Shown one piece after another: positions 47,008 to 59,857 of a stretch of 64,000 nt of DNA (positions are counted from its first letter, which is position 1; each line of letters starts with the position of its first letter). The notes under the pieces are model-generated. The model saw nothing but the letters and a program-made list of their open reading frames with translations. It did not search any database and was not told where the DNA came from. The position numbers and the translations under genes are program-made. The stretch spans positions 168,206,001 through 168,270,000 of the forward strand of contig JANJGN010000010.1 of the NCBI GenBank assembly GCA_026770705.1. The letters are read 5' to 3'. Source of the DNA: Isurus oxyrinchus (taxonomy: Eukaryota).

Positions 47008-47912
47008 AGTATTCCAGTGATAACTTTCTCCTGTGCTTGAAAAAAAGTCTGGGCTGCAAGCTAATAAAAGTGTCAATCATCCAGGCCTTTTGAAGTTTCA
47101 AAACCCACAAACCACAGACTTTTGAAACCACTTAACTTGTGTAAACAAACATTGTCAAGTTAACATTGAGATCAAAGAGCCTGAGCTAAAAATTAAACAA
47201 TGTTTCTTCTGGGGCTCCTGTGTTCTGATATTATGACACCTGACTCCCAGAGGAAACATTTTTCGATTGACAGCTCAGGCTCTGATCTCTGCTGTCGATT
47301 TGACAATGTCTGTTTACACAGATTAAATGGTTTGTGGGGTTTGTGGTTTTTGAAACTTCAAAGGGCATGGATGGTTGACACTTCTATTAACTTGCAGTCC
47401 AAACTTTTTCTTCAAACATAGGAGGAATGTATCAATGGATTACACATTTTTGTATAAATCCCACTGTAAATAATGGGGTTCATTAGTTCTAGAAAGCATT
47501 CAATAGGTCATCGGGCATGGAGGGGACTGAGGGGTAGGGTGGATGGGCAGAGCTTGGCATAGGGAGCATGAGGGGACATGGGAATGGGTGGGGGCCATGA
47601 GGTGACATGGATGGGGCATGGGGAGTGTTTGGAGGGTGAAAGGGGTGTGAGGAATGAGGCCTAGAGGGCATTTATGTTTTTTACACTGGGACAAACTCCC
47701 ACAATACTGAGACGGGCCTTTTAAACAGCTCACTTCCACACCTGGTTGCCTCTGCATTTCCTCCCGGGCTGGCTGGCCCAAGTCCAGCCCAGACCTGGCC
47801 CCCAGCAATGAAGTTCCTGCCTTTGCGGGCACTTCCTCCTGAGGCAGGTGGGTGGACTGAACCAGGAATTTTCCCAACTCCCCCTTCCCACCACAAGGAT
47901 GAAAATCCAGGC
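47008..47912. mobile_element. Long fold-back (palindromic) DNA element; its left arm continues at about 43690-43852 on the other side of the CR1
   Basis: 47010-47215 is the imperfect reverse complement of 47240-47445; 47445-47580 matches 43695-43852 in reverse; right end GAAAATCCAGGC resembles the Harbinger termini. Confidence 0.7.
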
Positions 47913-48724
47913 TAAATCTTCCCTTTTATACAACTTTTTCACATGGCAGTTATAAGCACCAGTGGTTCCACTGTTTTCCCATTAGCTATGCTCAAATGTC
48001 CCCCAGGCCACCTGTGTTCTCCCCATACTCCTAACACGCTTTAAAATTAACTCAGCAAGCAATTAATTGGAGGCATGAAGATTGCCCCTCATTTAGAAAA
48101 TCTAAGCACGTCATTGAGGCATTGGGAACCAGCGATGCCTTCCGAGTGCATGATTTTCCAGGCCCTCCTGCACCCAAACTCATCCTCACAGGTAAGTGAA
48201 AATTCTGCCCAGGGTATATAGTTTATACAGAGGAATGAAAATGGCTTGTGAATAATGGTAAAGGAAATGTGACATTGGAAACGTGACCCTCTATAGTTTC
48301 TGCACAAGCACATTATGACACTATGTGGAGATGACAATACATTTAGCTTGGGTAAAGATAGTATTTATCTCATCATTATCCTTCTGGTCCTTTTGAAAGT
48401 AGTAGAGAACTTGAAGACAGGTATGTATTTGAGTTTTTACTTAAAATTATATAAATATGTTTCGAGTGGGAGGAAAGCAAAACTGCAAAGTTTGACAAAG
48501 GAATCCATTGGAAGCAGTAATCCACCAATTATGTTCATTTGCTGGTCAATCAGCTTTGCACTCCACCATTTCTGCTTTTATTTCAGTATTTGTTGAACTC
48601 TTGCTACATTACGTATGCCTTAATTTATGTTGTCACTGGCGTCCAATTCTATACTTCTTTTGTTCTCTTTGTTTCTGCTGAATCATTTCTGTATATTCTT
48701 TTTCACTGTTATTATGAGGTTTCT

Positions 48725-49378
48725 CTTTATTCATTCATGGGTTGTGGGCATTGTTGTTGGTGAGGACAGCAATGATTGCCCATCCCTAATTGCCCTTGAG
48801 TAAGTGCTGGCGAGCCGCCTTCTTGAACAGCTGCATGTAGTGTAGACACACCTGCAGTGCTTTCAACAGGGAATTCCAGGATTTGGACCCAGCAACAATG
48901 AAGGAACGGTGATCTATTTCCAAATTAGATTACATGTTACTTGGAGTGGAACTACTTGGGATGGTGTTCCAATGCATCTGCTTGCCTAGTTCTTCTGGGT
49001 GATAGAGTTTGGACGACTGGAAGGTGCTTTTGAAGAAGCCTTTGTGAGTTGCTGCAGTGTATCTTATAGATGGTACACACTGCTGTCACTGTGCCCTAGT
49101 GGTGGAGAAAGTTAATGTTTAAGGTGCTGATTGGGGTGCCAGTCAAGTGGGTTGCTTTGTCCTAGATGATGTTGAGCTTCTTGAGAATTGTTGGAGTTGC
49201 ACTCCTCCAGGCAAGTGGGGAGTATTCTATCATGCTCCTGACCTGTGCCTTGTAGATGGTGGACTGACTTTGGGGAGTGAGGAGGTGATTTACTCATTGC
49301 TGTATTCTCGACTTCTGACCTGCTCTTGTAGTCATAGTATTTTATGTAACTGGTCCAATTAAGTTTCTGGTCAATTGC
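48725..49378 (-). mobile_element. 3' fragment of the second LINE family
   Basis: Colinear homology with 40840-41470 (TTGCCCATCCCTAATTGCCCTTGAG...). Confidence 0.88.
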
Positions 49379-50318
49379 CATTTCAGTAACTTACTGTTTA
49401 CCTTTGGTTGCTTTTGAGCTACCTCTTGTAAATTTGTTTGCTTTGTCTTCTGTGCATCTCATGCTTGTAAATGGACCCAGAAGTCTTCCTATTTTTCTGT
49501 CTCTTTGTCTTTATGAACTTATATCTCTTTATGCACTGGCTTCTATGTCTCTGACTGAAATTGACATGTCATTCACTCTCCCTCTGATTGTCTGACTGTG
49601 TATTTGTGCCTCTGGGCATTTGTTTCTTTATATGGGGGTTTCTTTTAAAGGGTCTTGGATCCAGTCTTGGAACTATACAAGGGAGTAAAGGAGAGAGAAG
49701 AGGGAGCAGGGAACAAATTTAGGGGAATATTCCAAAAGCAGGGGCTGTGCTTCAGGAAATCAGGTGTCATGGGAGAACATATATTCTCATCCTTTTGATG
49801 TGCAGTGTATTAAATTTGTAACTGCTGCATATACAGCAGTAATAAACATTATTCTTTGCTACTCATTTTCTGCCATGGAACTGCTCACAGACAAAAATAG
49901 AAAAAAAAGTCCTTCTTTTGACCATCTCCCTGTTTATTTCCTGCTGTCTAATTCTATATGCCTCCCCTCTTTCTCTGTCAGAATTATAGTTTTCTTTTCA
50001 CTTTTTCTTTGCATGGCTCTCACAAACTTTCTCTCATTGTCATCTCTGTGCACCACTTACACTATATTTTATTCTTCCTCCCTGTAAGAAAATAAGCACA
50101 AGTACCCTTTTAAGCCATTGTAAAGGGGCAGGGGCAGTGCCTGATGTAAGAGCTTGACAATGGCAGTGAGCACTGTGTGGATGAGGGGAAGTTGGGTGGT
50201 CAGGAGATGTGTTGAAGGGAACAGGTGGCTTTTTGGAGGAAATGGGCTGGGCTAGAGATGGGAGAGATGTGTTGAAGAAAGAGCTACACAGAAGGAGAAT
50301 CTGTGCAGCATAGAGGGA

Positions 50319-50602
50319 AACAAAAACAAAAATACCTGGAAAAACTCAGCAGGTCTGACAGCATCTGCAGAGAGGGACACAGTCAATGTTTTGAGTCTGT
50401 ATGACCCTTCATCAGAACTGAGAAATATAGAAATGAGATGCAATATAAGCTGGTAGAGGGGGGCGTTACAGGTAGAGCTCGATAGGGGGCCAGTGATAGG
50501 TGGAGGCCAAGAAGAGACTGCCAAAGATGTCATAGACAAAAGGACAAAAGGGTGTTGACGGTGGTGATATTATCTAAAGGATGTGCTTATGGTATTCTCC
50601 GA
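50319..50602 (-). mobile_element. Older PLE 3' insertion with canonical CUGAUGA hammerhead core (50381-50419)
   Basis: 13-bp TSD CAGCATAGAGGGA (50306-50318, 50603-50615); minus strand AGTT-CTGATGA-A-GGGTC(ATACA)GACTC-AAAAC-ATT-GACT. Confidence 0.82.
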
Positions 50603-50650
50603 CAGCATAGAGGGAGTTGGGGCTGATTGGGGTTGCAGACTAGAAACAGA

Positions 50651-53600
50651 GGGCAGGATTTTTCCCTTGTTGGGTGGGTGTGGTGGCAGTGGCCATGAAT
50701 CCGACCATCACCTACAATCGGGCTCTGACTGCGATTTCATGCTGACGGGCCAATTAAGGCCACCCAGCATGAAACACGACTCCGCACTGGCCAGGAGAGG
50801 CTGAGCAGGGGCCGGGTCCTGTCGACGGAGCTGAGTACATTTGCAAGCGGCGAGCGGGAGGGCAGGTCGGGTGGGCACTCGGCCCCCTGCTTTTCTAATG
50901 AGTGCCTCGCTGTCCTCCTGGAGGAGGTGGCTGCCAGGAGGGACATCCTTGTCCCCAGAGGTGGGGGGAGGAGGCCACCGCACCTCAGAAAGAGGGCATG
51001 GGACAGGATGCAGCCCTGGTCAGCAGTCATGATGTGGTGTGGCACACATGGGTGCAGTGCCAGAAGTGGTTCAATGACCTGCTGCACTCAGGAAGGGTGA
51101 GCACCGTGTTATCATAGGTCAGATGTGTTAAGGTCTGGTCATCCCCTCGTGGACCTCAGGGGTGCTAGAGTCTGAGTGTCAACTGTCAATGATGCCAGAG
51201 CTGGCCAAGGGGATGAGCCCTGGCTGCTTGGACTGAGTGCTTTGTGGCTTGAGGGCCACGACTCGGATGTGAGGTGCTCCTCAGCTGGGGTTGGCCAGGC
51301 TGCAGTAGTGCTGCAGTAGAGGGTGGTCTAATCAATGCTCCTCTGTTCTTTCAGGAGATGATGAGCCATAACCAAGTTGAGAGGTCAGGTACAGGCAGAG
51401 TCCCACCAAACCTGCTGCTCACCAGGTTCGAGCAGGACACCCTAGAGCTGGAGAGCTGGCACACTCCCCGTGCAACTGGCATGGAGAGGCGGGGGTGCCA
51501 GACAAAGGTAAGAGCGCAGTGCACAGAGGTGACACTTCGGATTGTGCAAACTTCCTAGTGTAGTCTCCTCACTAATTGGAACCTCGACCCTTGACTCCCC
51601 ATTGACCATTGAAAGACGAAGGCACCATGATGCAGATCTCCATTGTCTCACCAGGGTACCTGGCATGCACAGTGACAGTGTGGTGGCTTTAACTAATGAC
51701 ATGTCCTTCTTCTCCCTTTTAGGTTCACCAGCAGGCCTCCGATCTGCAGACCCTGAAAGGCTACCCCTGACAGAGGAGGACCGGGTGTCACTTTCACCTG
51801 TGTCACACCTGCTTTTGGAGGCAGGCATGAGTGCAGATACCAGCATATCGGTGGGCATTAGAGCGGCGGCTAGTATTTTGGTGCACATTGGTGAGGGCAT
51901 TTCACAGCCGCTTGAGATGCAGGCGGAGGTAGAGAGTGCCCAGGGCAATGGCAGACGGAGGACTGCTGGGAACTAGGACAATGCTCAGTCGAAGGCTGAT
52001 GATGAACCTCTGGAGTCGTCCATTAGGTGGCAGATGCTGGATGTCCAGCGGGATGCCCAGGGGGATCTGGCAGAGATCCATGAGGGTGTGCGTGCCATGG
52101 TCTCTGTGATGGAGGAGTCCATGCGGAACGTGAGCACAACATTGACAGGCATGGGCAAGCCCACTGCCTCCTCCACTGAGAGAGTGGCAACTCTCATGGA
52201 GAGGCAGCTCCAGGGGCAGAATCAGGGATTCCTGGAGTTGCAATCCCTCACACAGGCAAAAACTTCAGATGGTCAGCTGTGACACTGGCTGCTCCCTCCC
52301 AGGCGGGGCCAGAACAGGCTTCACTGGCTGGAGGATGGTTCCCAAGGCCATCAAGGCCAACAGGGTCAGCAGGCAGCCTCCAATGCCACTGCCAGTGAGG
52401 AGGGGGCACCTAGACGTAACACCTACAAGCTTAGGTTAAAAGGACCATGAGCACAAGAGGGACGATTCACATGTGATTTTATGTTCATTTATGTTTAATT
52501 TATCTATACTGGTCTGGGAATGAAGGCCAGAGAAATTTCCTTAAATAGTTTGGAATTGTCCACATGAGATAAATTTTGTTTTTGTCATCATGGCCTCAAT
52601 GCTTCACCTTTTTATTTTATTGGTGTGGGGTACACCAGTATGTAAGGCTGGACGTTAGTGTCTCTGAACTTTATTGTACAGGCACTGAGTGATCTTTGTG
52701 TTCAAATGAAAGGGTCCTTTCAGACATTCAGAATGGTAGTGGCAGCCCTGGCATGAGGTGGAAGCTGATCTTTGGTAGCCCACCTTATGAAGTGTTAGAT
52801 TAAGGTGTCCCTGGTGTCCCTGCCTCCCTGGAGGTTACCGAGGTCTGGCTCCACACCCTCAGCATTCTCCTCACTGTGCTCATCTTCTGACTGACTACTG
52901 GACTGTGCAGCTGCGTCAAGATCCCCTTCCTGTAGTGGGACCCCCCCTTGCCAGTGCCAGATTGTGGAGAGCGCAGCATGCAACCACAATCAGTGACACC
53001 CACTGTGGGAGCTATTGTACTGCTCCCTCTGAATGGTCCAGGCATTGGAAGTGCATCTTGAGAAGACCTATGGTCCTCTCTATTGCTGCCCTTGTGGAGG
53101 CATGACTCTATTGCAATGCTTCTTTGCCTCTGTTCTTGGGTGGTGGAGAGGCGTCATGAGCCACCTCTTCAATGGATAGGCCTTGTCATCCAGCAGCCAT
53201 CCATTCAGTCAGGCAGGATCACTAAAGATCCTCGGCACCTGGGAGTGTCTGAGAATGTAAGCGTCAGGGGAGCTGCCTGGGTACCTTGCACAGACTTGTA
53301 GAATCAGCATCCTGTGATCACACACTATCTGCACGTTCATGGAGTGGAAGCCCTTCCTGTTGATGAAGGCACCGGGCTCACCTGCTGGCACCTTGATGGC
53401 CACATGTGTACAGCCTATTACACCTGGATGCAGGGGAACCCAGCAATCGCTGCAAAGCCTCTGGCTCACTCAGCCTGGCTGGCCTTGTCCGTATGGTAAA
53501 GAATAAAGGTCAGTACCTGCCTGAACAGAGATTCTATCACCAGCTTGACACAACTATGGACAGCTGATTGGGAGACTCCACAAGATCCCCCATTAGTCCT

Positions 53601-53760
53601 GGAAAGAGCTGGAGACACTGTGACTTCAGAGCCACTGGCATGGGGTGTCCACCCACACAGTCGGAGCTGATCTCAGGCCCAATCACCTGACAAATGGATG
53701 TCACTGCCTCCCTTGAGCGGCGGAGCCTCCTTCGGCATTGAACCTTGGACATATTGAGGG
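50651..53760. mobile_element. PIF/Harbinger transposon with convergent genes: Myb/SANT pseudogene (+, about 50860-52450) and transposase pseudogene (-, about 52790-53760)
   Basis: TIR GGGCAGGATTTT; APCFSNECLAVLLEEV..WVQCQKWFNDL on plus; GGHPMPVALK, GCTHVAIK, FINRKGFHSMNVQIVCD..VCARYPGS and GWLLDDKAY on minus. Confidence 0.9.
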
Positions 53761-54096
53761 AGTAGTAGGAGGGTTTAATAGTGAATCTGTTACGATGAGT
53801 CTAAAGGTAGAGACAGATGTCTGTCCAACTTGAAATCCATAGATGCTTTGGACAGTTATGCTGCTCAATGTGGTTGCTGCTCCAAACCTTAAAAATACAC
53901 ATCTTTCATGTGACAGCTTGAAAAATTATATCTCATTCTATCTTCGATCGAGAGTTAAAGTAGGATCCTCCAGAATGAAATGATAAATATTACCATTTGT
54001 CTTTCAATCTGAATCGTTTTGACCATTTTTTGACTGCTATTGAATTCCATCTGCTCCTTGTGTAGTTATTGACAGAAGACTAATGATACTGAATAT

Positions 54097-54102
54097 TTTA
54101 TT
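54097..54102 (-). promoter_or_regulatory. Candidate ABHD15 polyadenylation signal AATAAA
   Basis: AATAAA on the minus strand about 940 bp after the stop, in repeat-free AT-rich sequence; no transcript evidence. Confidence 0.3.
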
Positions 54103-55043
54103 TCAAAAATGAAAGGTAAAAGAAAGTAGACTTCTAGGTCATGGGCTGGTTAGTTTAAATAGGTAGGTTTGATGTCTAGGAGCAGATTAATATTGAGGCA
54201 CGTTGAACAGATACAATAAATATAAAACCACAAGATATATGAAACAAAACATCTATCACTTTAACTGCATACATCTGGAAAACACTATTTTTCATATCAC
54301 ATTGTCAACAATTATAAATATTTTGCCACCAAACCTCCCCTTGAGTCTTTATATCAACTGATGTAAAATGCAACCTTGAAATGCAGTCTTAAAAAAAAGA
54401 CCACTAAAAACAAATTTGTTCCAACCACATTGAGTACAAAACAGTAACCTTACAGTTACTTTTGTTTTAATAAATAGACTGGTGATAATACAATAACTAA
54501 GCCTAACTTGCCCTTTGGGATTTGGCAGTGTTATTTGATGTTTGTCGGAATAGTAAGAAGTTAATTGTCAACTAAAGTGTTTTCACCCTGGGATGGAGTA
54601 TAAATTTCAAGCTTGATTACAACAAACTATTAACACAGCTCCAGTTGCTATAGCAAACTACCCAGCCGTTATAGGAATTCTTAAATTACAGATAAGATTC
54701 AAACACATTGGCATCTTCCACTCTGTGTCTTGCGATCATCTTAACACTTTTAAATTAATTTGTGACTTAAAATCAAAGGGACTCTTTAATATTGATAAAA
54801 GTTTATAGATCCATTTTCACTAATAGTCAAAAAATGTATTTTTTTCTAGCTGCCTGGAAATTAAGTAGCCAAACAAGGTGTTCAAACCTCAACAACATGA
54901 GCCCCTGGTTAAAAAAAGGAAACGTTGCACCCTTGTCTATGCTACTGAAGTTCCATTTTATGATCCACATAAAAAAAGGCCTGCATTACTTTAACCTTCA
55001 AGGTCATTAAAAACAATAATTTCCAAATGGTTCTAACTTTTAA

Positions 55044-55578
55044 TCACCTGGTATAGGATCGCTGCCAGTTGAAAATGTCATGAATGTTGTGAGAACAAAC
55101 TGAATCTCTTCTGAAACTATTGCCTCTGCCACATTTATAAGACAAGGAGTTTCCAGCTCCCACACATTTTCTTTTTGAAAAACTTTTCGTCCTTTCCTCA
55201 GTCACGAAGAACTCACTGACAGATTTAAAATACTCTAGTAATACCTCATGACTCCATACAGAGGATCTGTTTTTCAAGAAGCCACAATGGCCGCCATGTT
55301 TAGTTAACAACAGGAAAAAATGGGGGTTGGTTTCAAAGAGCTCAAATGGCAGGGTTGCGTCTGGGTCCCCTCTCCATGGGTCATCCTGACTGCAAATACA
55401 CAGCACTGGCACTGCAACCTCATCCACGTCCCGTAACGGATCATTCTTCTCCCAGTACAAGTCCCAGCATGGGTTGCTCTTCTTTGTTTGACAGAACAAT
55501 ACCTCTTCCATCTCCCTCAGAGTGCGTGTGGCAAACAACTTATCCATGTCAATAATCTCTCCCAGCACAGTGGCGTAC
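55044..55578 (-). CDS. ABHD15: Alpha/beta hydrolase domain-containing protein 15, last coding exon
   Basis: Acceptor CCCTAG|G at 55579; YATVLGE..YWEKNDPLRDVDEVAVPVLCICSQDDP..FFLLLTKHGGHCGFL..WSHEV..IFNWQRSYTR* matches the vertebrate ABHD15 C-terminus; phase 2 junction AG|G encodes Arg. Confidence 0.95.
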
Positions 55579-55859
55579 CTAGGGTTGGTAAAACCATCAA
55601 TAGTTATGCTTTTAATTCTATAGTTAATTCCAACTTATTATGGAGTTGTGAAAAGACTCTAATTCTGTTTCCAAAATCCATTATTCGGTTGGTAAAATGT
55701 CAATTGGATTTAATTCCTAAGTAGGTGTGTCATGTCTCAAATGCAGGATGCTGTCTACAACCCTGAAAATTGATGGGCAATGAATTAGCATGATTACAAA
55801 AGGGCAAACTACTGCCTTATCTGCAGCCTTCCTTTCCTCAGTAAGATTCTTGATGCTGC

Positions 55860-57010
55860 CTCCCAAATTTGAGCTCCTCTGTCCCACAGCTTCATATTTG
55901 AATCTTTCCAATCAGGTTTCCTCCCTTGCTACAGCACAGAATCAGCCCTAATTAAAGCCATAAATTGCATCCTCATGGATCATAGAGCAGATAGATGCCT
56001 CATCTTTCCTAACCTCTCTGCAACACGTGACAAGGTTGGACACACCATCTTTCTCCAATGCCTCTCATCCGATTTCCAGTCCAGTGGACAGTCTTTGCTT
56101 GGATTGCACACTTACCTATTCAATTATCCACAGTATCTCCAGCATTGACCTCTCTTCCCACCACTGCACGGTCCCCTCTAGATTTCCCCAAGGGTCTATC
56201 GTTTTTGGCCCCTGCCATAATCTCTGTACCCTTACCATAGATTCCATTCCCTTCCACAATCACTACCTCAGGCTTAACCAGACTGTCCAAAAGCTTGGTG
56301 TGCTATTTAACCCTAAGCTGAGTTTCTAAACCCATATCTTCTCTATCACGAAGACTACTCCATTCCTGCATCAGCACATCTGCGACCGAAACTCTTGTCC
56401 AAGCCTTTGTCACTTCTAGACTCAACAGTTCTAATGCTGTCCTGGGCAGACTCTTATCCTCCACCTTCTATAAGCTTCAACCTATCAAAAATGTCGTTAC
56501 CTGTTAGGCTTATCCCAACCAGGTTCAAATCACCCAATACCCCTGTATTCATTAACCTACACTGACTTCCTTTGTCACAACTTTGTCACAACACCTCAAA
56601 TTAAAAATTCTCATTATTTTATGGTCCCATCCCTCTATATCTCTGCAATCTTTCCTTACCTGACAAATTCTCTGAGTACTTATCAGCCATGATTGAATGG
56701 CGGAGCAGACTCGATGGGCCGAATGGCCTAATTTCTGCTCCTATGTCTTATGGTCTTCCTCCAACATTGGCCTCTTGTGCATCTCTCATTTCCTTTCCCT
56801 GACATTGGAGGCGATGCCTTTGTTCTGGAATTTCCTCCATAAACTTTATTGCACATCACCTCTATCACTTCCTTTAAGAAAGCTCCTTAAAACTAACCTT
56901 TCTGACTGTCACTTATCTTAATTGGTTTTGTGTTAACTTTTGTCTCATTACATTCCTCTGAAGCCTTTAAAGATGATTGGGACATTAAATAGTGCTAAAA
57001 GCGCTATATA
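55860..57010 (+). mobile_element. Old L2-clade LINE fragment in the ABHD15 intron, with a CR1 tail insert at about 56678-56755
   Basis: FESFQSGF..CYSTESALIK, FPQGSI.GP and KLGVLFNPKLSF motifs; embedded GGGCCGAATGGCCTAATTTCTGCTCC tail. Confidence 0.75.
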
Positions 57011-57302
57011 CATGTTGTTTGCTGTTGCATACTCTATAATCTACAATGTCAAACAGTGAAAGCAGACTGTTAGGCACAGTATGATATGATTTGAAATCAG
57101 TGATCAAGTAACCAGAAATACTGGAACATATTGCATTAATTTCACATCCTTCAGCAACAGAAGTAAAGCATAGCTGTCTGGTGCTTTTTTCAAACAGAAC
57201 CTTACCACATCAACATTTCTCCAACACTTTCATGCATTGACTGCTTAAGTCACAAACGAGATCCAATAAAGTGGTTATCTGAACTTTGGTCCATAAAGAA
57301 TA

Positions 57303-58122
57303 TTTTTTTTTTATTTGTTCATGAGATGTGAGCGTCGCTGGCTGGGCCAGCATTTAATGGCCATCCCTAATTGCCCTTGAGAAGGTGGTGGTGAGCTGCC
57401 TTCTTGAACCACTGCAGTCCATCTGGTGTAGGTACACCCATAGTACTATTAGGGGAGTTCTAGGATTTTGACCTAGTGACAGTGAAGGAACAGTGATATA
57501 TTTCCAAGTCAGAATGGTGAGTGGCTTGGAGGGGAACTTCCAGGCGATGGTGTTCCTATGCATCTGCCGCCCTCGCCCTTTTAGTTGGTAGTGGTCATGG
57601 GTTTGGAAGGTGCTGTCCAAGGAGGCTTGGTGTGTCCTTGCAGTGCATCTTGTAGATGGTACACACTGCAGCCACTGTGCATCAGTGTTGGATGAAGTGA
57701 ATGTTTGCGAATGGGGTACCAATTAAGCGGGCTGCTTTGTCCTGAACGATGTCAAGCTTCTTGAGCGTAGTTGGAGCTGCACTCATCCAGGTAAGTGGAG
57801 AGTACTCCATCACACTCCTGACTTAAGACCATAAATGGAGGAGCAGAAGAAGGCCATTCGGCCCATAGAGTTTGCTCCACCATTCAATGAGATCATGGCT
57901 GATCTGTTAATCTTCAACCCCACTTTCCTGCCTTTTCCCCATAACCCTTGATTCCCTTACTGATTAAAAATCAATCTATCTCGGGCTTGAATATACTTAA
58001 GGACCCAACCTCTACAGCCCTTTGTGGTAAAGAATTCCACAGATTGACTGCCCTCATTTCTGTCTTAAATGGGTGACCCCTTACTCTGAGATTATGCTCT
58101 CTGGTCCTAGATGCTCCCACCC
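57303..58122 (-). mobile_element. Adjacent LINE 3' fragments: second family 57303-57825 and CR1 57826-58122
   Basis: Homology to 40840-41330 and, in reverse, to 46720-47000. Confidence 0.85.
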
Positions 58123-59504
58123 AGGGTTGATGATGATGATATCTGTATCCATACACAGTTATTCAACAGGCCTTATTTGGCTCATTTGCCCTGTGTGTTT
58201 ATATTCAATAAACTCTCAGAAATGACTAATAATTGCTCATCATTGAAGTTACGATTGGATTTTAGATTGGGCCAGTTTTCTTTTTAAATGTTTTATTTAT
58301 AAATGATTTATATTGCCTTGCACTTTTTTAAATTCTTAAGATTCCAGTATTGTCTACATCTTTAACTGTTATTGCACAAATGGTATATATGGGCCGATAT
58401 TCCTGCACCCCAGGAATAATGAGTGCAACAAGTGGGCAGCACATGAAAATAGTGCTGTATCTGACAGCAGGACCATGTGTCCAGATTTTGTCTCAGGCCT
58501 CATTTGCATCTCCTGGGCATGACACGCAGGGACATAGAGGCCTCTTGTTTGGTACAATGATGGCAGCCCAATAAAAATGGAGCAGCAGGCCTTATAGATC
58601 TGCACATACTTTAAAGGTTAGGTATATGCTGGGGTCTTTGGAGATCCTATGGAGGAAATAATGAACTCTGAGCCCAAGTGAAAATTTATCAAGACTACAA
58701 ACTGCTCGGAAATATTCTGGGTTGCTTCTGTGACGTACGTTTGCCAGCAGAAAGTGTTAACATTTTTTAGCAGGAAAAGCAGTGTGAAATCATTCAGATT
58801 GCCAAATCAAGAGGGGTCTCACATAAGGGCATTCTGCCTTGATCACAGAGCCATTGAGCCTTGCTGGAGGTAAGGTCTTCCTTAGTAGCCCACAATGGCA
58901 AGATAAGAGCTGGCTGAGAGAATTGGCAGCACCAACTGTATGCCAAGGGCTTAGATGTAGTGCTCGAAATCATTTATTGCATTTAACAGGAGAGGGGAAA
59001 GTAAGTGCAAACTTTTGCACAGAAGAAAAATGCTTTGTCCTTTGGCTTCCCCCACAGAAACATCGTGCCAGGCAACATTCATTGTTTGGTGCAGGCTCAT
59101 ACCTGCCTAGGAAATGATGTCAGGATACAAGAGAAAGGGAGTGCACACAGGTCAGTGCATGGGCGTACTGCATGCAAAGCAGTGACACACATTCACCTTT
59201 ACTCATTCTTAACGCAAAGGAAAAAGGATTGTGCAAATGGTTTGGGGTGTCCTGGCCTATATATATCCGCGAAAGATTAATGTGTTTGCTGGAAAAAGAG
59301 GCAATTAACAGAAGATGGATCATAATTGTCTGAAGGAGGGCCTACACAGATTAAGTAGTGACCTCATCTGTAGGTCACTAGAGCTCCAACAACACAAGAA
59401 TGTTCCACATAGAAAATAATTGTGAAACGCTGTCTGCTTCTATCCTACACAGTTCTTGATGCAGTAACAACCACCCTTCACATTACTGATTGAGTTAGAC
59501 TCAC

Positions 59505-59857
59505 CTGCTAAGCCACGTTTTTTGGTAAAGGAGTAAAAACCAGTGATAAAGCCAGGGAGGTCCCGTTTCAAACCATTCCTGATACCTGAAAACAGGCGAG
59601 ATACAGGCTGCAGACGTCACATAACTGGAGGATCCACACTCACCGAGATAAGAGAGCAAAAGCCCAGCTCCTGTGCTCTCACTTACAGTGAAAAGTCTGG
59701 CATTTGGATGCTTGTATCGAATGTATCTAACTGCTTCTCTCAGATCAGATGGGTCACCAAACTGTTGCAGCTTCAGTGTAGTTAAAAGACTTCCATTCTG
59801 GCACCTTCTGTTGAAAATCACTGGACGGTGGCCACAATCCAGGGCTGAGGCACAAAG
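59505..59857 (-). CDS. ABHD15: ABHD15, penultimate coding exon; upstream exon(s) not found in the window
   Basis: Acceptor TCTGTTTTGTCTTTGAAG|CTT, donor AG|GTGAGT; PVIFNRR..FGDPSDLREAV.YIR..LLLSYLGECGSSSYVTSAACISPV is diagnostic of ABHD15; frame joins correctly to the next exon. Confidence 0.95.
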
